This document shows positions 17,391 through 24,000 of a DNA stretch of 24,000 bases, in pieces; the stretch's first letter is position 1, and every line of letters begins with the position of its first letter. Position numbers and translations under genes: made by a program. This DNA is from Kofleriaceae bacterium. GTDB taxonomy: Bacteria > Myxococcota_A > Polyangia > Haliangiales > Haliangiaceae. The stretch is from the NCBI GenBank assembly GCA_050187075.1, contig JBFWXW010000048.1, forward strand, positions 32,550 through 56,549. Reading direction: 5' to 3'. The notes beneath the pieces were generated by a model. That model made no database searches and had not been told where the DNA came from. It saw only the letters and a program-made list of their open reading frames with translations.

Positions 17391-20225
17391 TCAGTACACC
17401 TTCACGACCTCGACCGCATTCGCGGGAAGCGTCACCGACAGCGTGCGCGCCGCGGAGATCGTCGCCTCGGGCTTCGGCACGACCAGTGGCACGTACGTGG
17501 TCCCGCTGATCTGCGGCGCCAGCGTCACGGTCACCGTGACCTGCGCGCTGGTCATGTTGCGCAGCGTGAAGCAGTTGGTCGGGTTGAGCCCGTAGCGCTC
17601 GATGTAGACCTCGGGGTTGTTGGTGTGCGCGAGGGTGATCGGTCGCCAGCCTCCGGTCGCGAGCTGGCGAATGATCGGGATGTACTTCTTGAACATCGGC
17701 CGGTCGCGGTCGTACCAGGACGGATTGTCGAAGTACTTCACGCCGACCGGGATCCCGAAGCTGTAGAAGAAGCTCGGCCACATCCCGTAGAACGCCGCGA
17801 TCTGAAAGTAGCGCTCGACGTTGTTGTTCGTGCCCATCACTCCGAAGTCGCCGTTGAGCAAAAGGCCGTAGGGCCGGGTGCCTGCCAGCGTGCGCGAATA
17901 GCTCAGCTCGGCATCGGTGTCCGGCACGAAGCTGCCGCTGGTCGTCCAGCTGATCTCGGTGCCGAGGTAGTCGAAGATGTCGGCGCCGAACGGAAGCTCG
18001 CGCGCGACCATGTTCGCCATCATCAGCTTGCCCAGGTTGTAGCGAACGTCATTTGCAAGCCAGCGAGCGAACTGCACCGAGGTGAACCACAGCGGCAGCC
18101 CGGCATGGCGGCCACCGGTCGAAGCGAACGTCAGCGGAATCTCCGTGGTGTGAAAATGTCTCGCGCGCTCGTCGAGCGTGTTGCCGTGCGAGAGGAAGCT
18201 GTCGAGGTACTCGCCATCGAGCGTCGGCTTCGTCGTGTACACGCCGCGCACCTCGGGGCTCCAGATGCTGTTCGCCCGGTTGAGTGGGTACGTCGTATTC
18301 GCGACCGTCGGATCGGCGTTGAGGAAGAACAACACGCAGCCGTAGATGTCGCCCGGGCACCACGGAACCTCGCCCGGCTTGAACGGTTCGTACTTCATCT
18401 TCTGGGCGAAGTCGTATGCGCCCGAGCTGAGCGTCGCTTCGGCTTGCTTGCGCTCGGTTGCGTTCCCCGAGGTGTACTTCTGATTCAAGTAGCCCATCAC
18501 CTGCGAGTAGTTGTTGCGATTGACCCCGGCGTCCTTGATCGGCAGCCAGTGGGACCATGGCTCGGAGACGTAGCGGAACGTGGGAATCCCCACCCCGTCG
18601 TCGTCGTCGACGAGCTCCATGTTGCCGGTCTCGTGTGCACCGATCTCGAAGTCCGCGACGTTCGTGATGCCCGCTGGATTCGAGAACGCCGCCCAGATGC
18701 CCTGGTCGGCGGGTGCAATGCGTCGAATGAACGCCGATGGGAACCGCGTCCGGTAGCCCTGCGTCGCATCGCGAAAGCCGTTCGCGCTGTCGACCCGGTA
18801 GAGCACCAGCTCGACGCTCGCGCGCCGTGGAAACTGCGTGGTCTTGGGGCTGAGCCCGAGATCGAACCCGACCATGTATTGCCGGGTTCGTGGATTGAAC
18901 GTGAACCGCGCGATTCGTGGCGACGAGATCGGATAACCGAGGGCGACGCCGCGCCCGGACGACCCGGACGTCCATACCGCCGACCACGGATAGCGGCTGA
19001 ACGCACCGGTGGCGCCGATGCCGGTGTCCGAGGTCAGGTTCTGGTACTCGATGTCGAGCGCTGCGCTGGTATCGCGGGATCGCCGGATGTCATCGCCCCA
19101 GGTCCACGGGCCGATCCCGAGCGGCAGCGAGTAGTACACCGTGACAGCGCGACTCTCGTCCGGTGTCGGATCCGCCGTCGTGTCGGTATCGGTGACCTCG
19201 ATGTTGATCGTGATTCGGTCGCTCGCTCGGGTGTACGTCGTGGCGACCGCGAGCTCGAGCGCCGGCACCGCACCGGTGTGCGTTGCACCGGTCGCCGTCG
19301 CCGTGACCGTGCCACCGACGTTCCACCAATCGCTGTTGGCCCGGACGTCGCGCACGAGCACGCCAGCGATTCCGGTGCGCGTGGTATCGAGCAGCTGAAC
19401 ACCACTGGCTGACAGGCCGGTCACGGTGCCGTTGCTGCTGCCCAGGCTCAGCGACAGCCCGTCGTCGGTGGTCATGTTGATCGGCGCACCGGCCGCCGGA
19501 GCGGTGGCGCCCGTGGGTGCCGCGGCCTGACTGTCGACGAGCAAGTGCTCGTCGGTGATGTTCAGCTCGGAAACCGAGATGTCATCGAACCACACCGTCC
19601 CCTTGTGCGTGCCGCGCAACAGCAAGAACACCTTGATGTGCGATACCGGTTTGTCGACCCACAACACGCGCTCCCGGTAGAACCACTCATGCGTACCGAC
19701 GTTGAACGTCAAGCTCTGGTTGCCCCAAACAGTACCGTCGGCGAATGCGACGTCGGCATACAGGGCGTAGTTCGAATCCTGGCTACCAGACACGCCCTCT
19801 GCGCGGCTCCACGCGCGCAACAGGATCGGCCGCGGCGTCTGCTGAGAGAACGTCACGGTCTGCGACAGCCCACGGACCTCCGTCTCCTCTTGGTTGGAGA
19901 GCTTGACCGCAGTGTTTCCCGTGTGGGTGAACTGATGATCGATCTCATAGCCGGATCCGTAGCTGTTCCATCCAGTGACACTGCTGCCGCTGATCGTTTC
20001 GAACCCTGGGTTCGCGACGCGGTTGGTACTCATCATCCCAGGGAGTGAAAGTCGCTCGAACACCGGCCACGCCGCTGCACCGAGCTCCGCGGTGTGAGCC
20101 CCGACCGGATCTGCGTCGTCGTCGAGCGTGGTGCAACCCGCCGTCAATCCCGCCGTGGCGATGCATACGAAGACGACGCGTACGAGCTGCACCAGGGACA
20201 TCGCGCTACTCCAGGATTGAGACAT
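17391..20225 (-). CDS. Large lipoprotein: N-terminal CBM4/9-like carbohydrate-binding module plus ~700 aa of uncharacterised domains
   Basis: Lipobox LTAGC. An alternative in-frame ATG at 20201 is preceded by GGAG at a 7-nt spacing. Residues ~70-220 (NPGFETISGSSVTGWNSYG...HTGNTAVKL...VWFDDISVSEL) fit the CBM_4_9 pattern. I recognise no catalytic motif in the remainder. GC3 is high throughout. Confidence 0.85.
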   Translation of the reverse strand: MSQSWSSAMSLVQLVRVVFVCIATAGLTAGCTTLDDDADPVGAHTAELGAAAWPVFERLSLPGMMSTNRVANPGFETISGSSVTGWNSYGSGYEIDHQFTHTGNTAVKLSNQEETEVRGLSQTVTFSQQTPRPILLRAWSRAEGVSGSQDSNYALYADVAFADGTVWGNQSLTFNVGTHEWFYRERVLWVDKPVSHIKVFLLLRGTHKGTVWFDDISVSELNITDEHLLVDSQAAAPTGATAPAAGAPINMTTDDGLSLSLGSSNGTVTGLSASGVQLLDTTRTGIAGVLVRDVRANSDWWNVGGTVTATATGATHTGAVPALELAVATTYTRASDRITINIEVTDTDTTADPTPDESRAVTVYYSLPLGIGPWTWGDDIRRSRDTSAALDIEYQNLTSDTGIGATGAFSRYPWSAVWTSGSSGRGVALGYPISSPRIARFTFNPRTRQYMVGFDLGLSPKTTQFPRRASVELVLYRVDSANGFRDATQGYRTRFPSAFIRRIAPADQGIWAAFSNPAGITNVADFEIGAHETGNMELVDDDDGVGIPTFRYVSEPWSHWLPIKDAGVNRNNYSQVMGYLNQKYTSGNATERKQAEATLSSGAYDFAQKMKYEPFKPGEVPWCPGDIYGCVLFFLNADPTVANTTYPLNRANSIWSPEVRGVYTTKPTLDGEYLDSFLSHGNTLDERARHFHTTEIPLTFASTGGRHAGLPLWFTSVQFARWLANDVRYNLGKLMMANMVARELPFGADIFDYLGTEISWTTSGSFVPDTDAELSYSRTLAGTRPYGLLLNGDFGVMGTNNNVERYFQIAAFYGMWPSFFYSFGIPVGVKYFDNPSWYDRDRPMFKKYIPIIRQLATGGWRPITLAHTNNPEVYIERYGLNPTNCFTLRNMTSAQVTVTVTLAPQISGTTYVPLVVPKPEATISAARTLSVTLPANAVEVVKVY

Positions 20226-20331
20226 GCAGACGGCATCCTTCGCGACCAGCAGCCAGCACTATCTCCTCCAACTGCACTCGACCGCAGCGTGCGCCGCCAA
20301 GAGGATCGTGGCCCGGCTTGCAAGGACCTTG

Positions 20332-20347
20332 TGCAACGGGTGTGCCC
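20332..20347 (-). promoter_or_regulatory. Sigma-54 (-24/-12) promoter GGGCAC-acccg-TTGCA upstream of the 944-aa lipoprotein gene
   Basis: The minus strand reads 5'-GGGCACACCCGTTGCA-3' (20347 down to 20332), against the consensus TGGCAC-N5-TTGCW. The GG and GC dinucleotides have the exact spacing and only the first T differs. The predicted TSS is near 20321, giving a ~96-nt leader to the ATG at 20225. Confidence 0.6.
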
Positions 20348-20459
20348 GATCGATCTGCCGTGGATCGTGAGAATGCGAGACCGAGCATGTCCCGGCCACT
20401 GTCGACCCAGGACCCCGGTGGGGACTGACGACCAGGTCGGCACCGACGGCCGCGGCGAT

Positions 20460-21293
20460 TTACCGAGGGCAGCGCAGATCGTTGGCGAGCTGCTCGGCGC
20501 GTTGCGCTGCACGCTGGCATCCGGCCTCGATCGGACCGAGCTCGCTGTCGCGCGCCGAATTCACCGCTGCTGCAGCGGCGTTGGCGCCCATCGTGAGACG
20601 CGCCTTGAGCTCGGGGGGCACCGCACCGCATCGCGATACTCGCGCGGCATTCACGACGTACGTGGTGCAGTGGGGAGCACGCTCGGCAACCGATGGTCTT
20701 GGATCGGGCGCGCAACCCGCGTCGATCAGCGCGGCTTCGAGCCGCTGTGCGCGGCTGGTGCACTCGGCGATCGTGCGCGCCGACCTCGACTTCCATGTCG
20801 AGCGCTGCGCGGCGAGCGCCACCGGATCTTCGAGCGGCGCTGCCGTGCGCTTCGAGCACCGCGCCTCGATGATCGCCCACGCGACCAACCGATCGCATGC
20901 GGCGATCCCCGAAGATCGGCGGCGCAACTTGCCCGTGATCACGCAGCCCGAGTCGAGCTCGACATGCAGCGCGAGCTCGCTCGCCTTACGCCGCGTGATC
21001 ACCACCGCGACATCGCCTTGCTGCGCTTGCCACCCGCCTCGCGTTTCGATCACTGGCAGCGCGCGCAGCCCTCCGCCAGCGGCAGCGAGATCGATCGCAA
21101 GCGCGCCGTCGGTCGCCACCAGCTCGAGCTGCGCAGCGCGCTCACCCGGCGCGCTGCAGCGCTGCCAGCTTAGCTTCGCGTCGTAGCTACCGACCCAATC
21201 GGCCCACGACACCTGGGGGGAGGCGTCGCTTCGCGCGGACAGCGCGACCACCGTGATCGCCGCGAGCTGCATCCGCCGCATATTCTCGAGCAT
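20460..21293 (-). CDS. Secreted hypothetical protein with a Cys-containing C-terminal half
   Basis: ATG at 21293 (alternatives at 21281 and 21272) within track ORF 20460..21437. The upstream part of that ORF overlaps the permease gene. Signal-like N-terminus MLENMRRMQLAAITVVALSARSDA. About 10 Cys in the mature part. No recognisable domain. Confidence 0.62.
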   Translation of the reverse strand: MLENMRRMQLAAITVVALSARSDASPQVSWADWVGSYDAKLSWQRCSAPGERAAQLELVATDGALAIDLAAAGGGLRALPVIETRGGWQAQQGDVAVVITRRKASELALHVELDSGCVITGKLRRRSSGIAACDRLVAWAIIEARCSKRTAAPLEDPVALAAQRSTWKSRSARTIAECTSRAQRLEAALIDAGCAPDPRPSVAERAPHCTTYVVNAARVSRCGAVPPELKARLTMGANAAAAAVNSARDSELGPIEAGCQRAAQRAEQLANDLRCPR

Positions 21294-21337
21294 GGCACTC
21301 GAGGAGCTCGTGGGCCATGCCTCCGTCAGTGCCGAGC

Positions 21338-22777
21338 TCAGTCGTCGGGATCGCTGCCGACGCGCGCGACCGGACGCTCGGGAGCCTCTGCGTCTGGAAC
21401 CGACTCGTCGGGCAGCGATTGTTTGCCGCGGATCCAAACCGCATAAACTCCAGCACCGACCAACAGAATTCCCGCCACCACGGCACTCGACGTTGGCTGG
21501 CTATAGATGAACCAGCCGGCCATCCAGATCGACAGCACGATGAACAGTACGGGTGTGACGGGAAATCCTGACGTTCGGTACTTGGAGGTCATGCCCCGTC
21601 GGCGCAGCACGAACACCGCACTCACGGTGAGCGCGGCGAAGATCGACAACGTGAAGCCGACCATCTGGATCAGCCAGTTGGGGTCGCCGATGATCACGAA
21701 CGCGCTCGCAATCACGCCCTGGGTTACGACCGCGTACATCGGAACTCCGCGCTTGTTGTGACGCGCAAGCCCGCCCGGCAGCGCTCGAGCCGTAGCCATC
21801 GCCGCGTACACGCGCGGACCTGCCATCACCATCGCGCTCACCGACGATACCAGCGCCAGCGCGATCACCGAGGTCATGATGCTGCCGGCGCGATCGCCGA
21901 ACAGGGCGCGCCCGGTGGCGTCACCGATCTCGAAGACGCCGGCCAACTTCTCGGGCGGCAGAGCGTAGAAGAACACCACATTGAGCAGCACGTAGAGAGC
22001 CATCACCAGACCGGTGCCAAGCAACAGCGCGCGCGGAAGGGTTCGCTCTGGCTGCTTCACCTCGTTGGCGATGTATGCGGCAGCATTCCACCCGGAGTAG
22101 GAGAACGCGACGAAGATCAACGCGATCGCAAATGCGGAGGTCGGAAGGTTCTCCACGAGACCGCCGCCCCGGCTGGCGAAGTTCGACCAGTCGCCGTCGC
22201 CAACGAGGAAGCCCGCGACAATGAACACCACGATCAGCAACACCTTGGCTGCTGTGAACACGGTCTGGACGCGACCACCAAGCTTGGTGTCGAACGCGTG
22301 CATCGCCGCGATGGCGACGATCAACGTGATCGCCACCGCATGCATCGCACCGAATGCGACCGTGACCGTGAGCCCAAACAGCTCGGGCTTGAGCAAGATC
22401 CACGGCTCGCCGCCGAGGCCGGGCACCAGCTTCGATAAGTACTTCGAGAATGCGAGCGCGGAGACGGCGATCGGCGCCGAGAATCCGGCGATCAGCGAGA
22501 CCCACCCGCTCATGAACCCGACCGCAGGGTGATAGGCCTCGCGCAGATAGATGTACTCACCGCCGGCGCGAGGCATCATCGATCCGAGCTCCGCGTAAGC
22601 AGCTGCACCGCACAGGGCGAGCACGCCGCCGATCACCCACGCGAGCAGGATCGTCAACGGATCATGGAGCGCGGCCGCCTGAAATCCGGTGCTGGTAAAC
22701 ACACCGGTTCCGATCATGTTCGCGACGACGATCGCCGCGGTCACGATCAGCCCCAACTGACGTTTGGGTGCAGTCAC
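21338..22777 (-). CDS. APC-superfamily amino acid permease
   Basis: 479 aa with about 12 hydrophobic helices. The N-terminal LGLIVTAAIVVANMIGTGVFTSTGF is typical of amino acid/polyamine permeases. GTG start at 22777, preceded by GGAGGG at a 4-nt spacing. Confidence 0.9.
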   Translation of the reverse strand: MTAPKRQLGLIVTAAIVVANMIGTGVFTSTGFQAAALHDPLTILLAWVIGGVLALCGAAAYAELGSMMPRAGGEYIYLREAYHPAVGFMSGWVSLIAGFSAPIAVSALAFSKYLSKLVPGLGGEPWILLKPELFGLTVTVAFGAMHAVAITLIVAIAAMHAFDTKLGGRVQTVFTAAKVLLIVVFIVAGFLVGDGDWSNFASRGGGLVENLPTSAFAIALIFVAFSYSGWNAAAYIANEVKQPERTLPRALLLGTGLVMALYVLLNVVFFYALPPEKLAGVFEIGDATGRALFGDRAGSIMTSVIALALVSSVSAMVMAGPRVYAAMATARALPGGLARHNKRGVPMYAVVTQGVIASAFVIIGDPNWLIQMVGFTLSIFAALTVSAVFVLRRRGMTSKYRTSGFPVTPVLFIVLSIWMAGWFIYSQPTSSAVVAGILLVGAGVYAVWIRGKQSLPDESVPDAEAPERPVARVGSDPDD

Positions 22778-22846
22778 TAAGCCCTCCGCCCCTCACCCAC
22801 CCGACGTTGCCGACCTACACGGCCGGGCTTGATACGCAGGCGCTCA

Positions 22847-23995
22847 TCAAGGTGATGGGATTGCCTGCAATTCTACTTTGACCGTTCGGCGTTCGCCTTG
22901 ATTTTCCACGGTCACTTCCACGACGTCCCCCACCTTGCGCGCATCCAGCGCGCGGAACAGGTCACTCGAGCCCTGGATGACATCGTCGCCCACCTTGACG
23001 ATCACATCGCCCAGTACCCATCCGCCTTGCACTTGCTGGGCAGGCCTGATGCCCGCGCGCTCCGCGGCTCCGCCCCGCAACACGCCCATCACGACCACGC
23101 CCACGATCCGCTGCTGCTGCGCCATCCGGTCGCCGAGGATGTCGATGCCCAGCCCGGGCCGCGTGCTCCGAACATGCTTGATGATCTTGGGAACGAACTC
23201 ATTGATCGTGTCGACCGGGACCGCGAAGCCGATGCCCGCGTTCGCGCCGCTCGGTGAGTAGATCGCGGTGTTGATTCCGATCAGCCGGCCGGCGCTGTCC
23301 AGCAGCGGCCCGCCGGAGTTGCCCGGGTTGATCGACGCGTCGGTCTGGATCACGTCGAAGATCGATCGCCCGTTGGGCGATCGGATCTCGCGACCCAAAC
23401 CGGAGATCACGCCGGTGGTCAGCGTCTGATCGAGACCAAATGGATTGCCGATCGCGAGCACCTTCTGTCCGACCTTCAGGGACGCCGACTGCCCGATCGG
23501 TAGCGGCACCAGCTTGGCGGCGGGCGCATCGATCTTGAGCACCGCGAGGTCCTTGTTGGGCTCTCTGCCGACGATCGTGGCCGGATACTTGGTGCCATCG
23601 TTGAGGGTCACCACCGCGCGGCTGCCATGCTCGATCACGTGCGCGTTGGTGACGATGTGTCCCGAGCGGTCCCACACGAAGCCCGTGCCGACGCCTTGCG
23701 GGATCTCGGTGACGTCCAGCGTGAATCGATCGCGCCGGGTCTCGAGGCTCGTGACGTGAACGACCGATGCCGAGAACTTCTCGAACACCTCGATGGTCGA
23801 TTGCTCATCGGCGCCGAGCTTGTCATCGGGCCGCTGCGCGATCGGTCGTGGGTCGACCGCCACCGGCACTGGCGCGACTTGCTGGCGCTGCTGCATCACG
23901 GTGTAGACCAGCGCGCCTGCAACCACGAGCAACAGCACCGCGAGGACCTTGGTCAAGTGTGATTCGCGGGCGGGATGATGCGGCTCTCGAGTCAC
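22847..23995 (-). CDS. HtrA/DegP-family periplasmic serine protease (S1C) with one PDZ domain
   Basis: GTG start at 23995 and an N-terminal TM anchor (VLAVLLLVVAGALVYTV). Catalytic triad context: VTNAHVIEH, DLAVLKI, GNSGGPLLD. The C-terminal segment VGVVVMGVLRGGAAERAGIR...GDVIVKVGD is PDZ-like. Confidence 0.9.
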   Translation of the reverse strand: MTREPHHPARESHLTKVLAVLLLVVAGALVYTVMQQRQQVAPVPVAVDPRPIAQRPDDKLGADEQSTIEVFEKFSASVVHVTSLETRRDRFTLDVTEIPQGVGTGFVWDRSGHIVTNAHVIEHGSRAVVTLNDGTKYPATIVGREPNKDLAVLKIDAPAAKLVPLPIGQSASLKVGQKVLAIGNPFGLDQTLTTGVISGLGREIRSPNGRSIFDVIQTDASINPGNSGGPLLDSAGRLIGINTAIYSPSGANAGIGFAVPVDTINEFVPKIIKHVRSTRPGLGIDILGDRMAQQQRIVGVVVMGVLRGGAAERAGIRPAQQVQGGWVLGDVIVKVGDDVIQGSSDLFRALDARKVGDVVEVTVENQGERRTVKVELQAIPSP

Positions 23996-24000
23996 GGGAT

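Noticed and set aside
17358-19412. 684-aa plus-strand ORF, plus the minus-frame ORFs 18049..18987 and 18497..19006
   Set aside because: It is antisense to, or out of frame with, the 944-aa lipoprotein gene. The sequence is Arg-rich and low-complexity, with no motifs.
21293-21307. TGGCAC-tcgag-GAGC on the plus strand, with correct GG-N10-GC spacing
   Set aside because: It would fire antisense into the permease gene, with no plus-strand ORF downstream, and the -12 element is GAGC rather than TTGC. It could still be tested as an antisense promoter in dRNA-seq data.

Overview
High-GC (about two thirds G+C by eye) bacterial chromosomal window. The many lipoproteins, the Cys-rich secreted proteins and an orphan sigma-54 enhancer-binding protein suggest a Myxococcota-like genome (inference only). 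I call 19 CDSs. Plus strand: plsX, an APP1/HAD-like phosphatase, a Cys-rich PPC-domain lipoprotein, an NtrC-family EBP, an unknown lipoprotein, an SDR, an AttH/cyclase-like protein, gcvT and gcvH. Minus strand: polA (truncated by the left edge and missing from the ORF track), a Nudix hydrolase, a lipoprotein, mgtE, a soluble MgtE_N+CBS paralog, an MscS-like channel, a 944-aa CBM-bearing lipoprotein, a secreted Cys-containing hypothetical, an APC permease and an HtrA protease. I found no rRNA, tRNA, CRISPR array, transposase, integrase or recognisable defence or biosynthetic genes, so most of the window is ordinary core chromosome. Many long ORFs in the track are antisense artefacts of high GC. 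The best candidate for something undescribed is the minus-strand block 14248-20347. It has a near-consensus sigma-54 promoter (GGGCAC-N5-TTGCA) in front of a large lipoprotein with no recognisable catalytic domain, followed by three genes with overlapping stop/start codons (MscS-like, MgtE_N/CBS, MgtE). All functional assignments rest on reading motifs in the translations; no database search was run.
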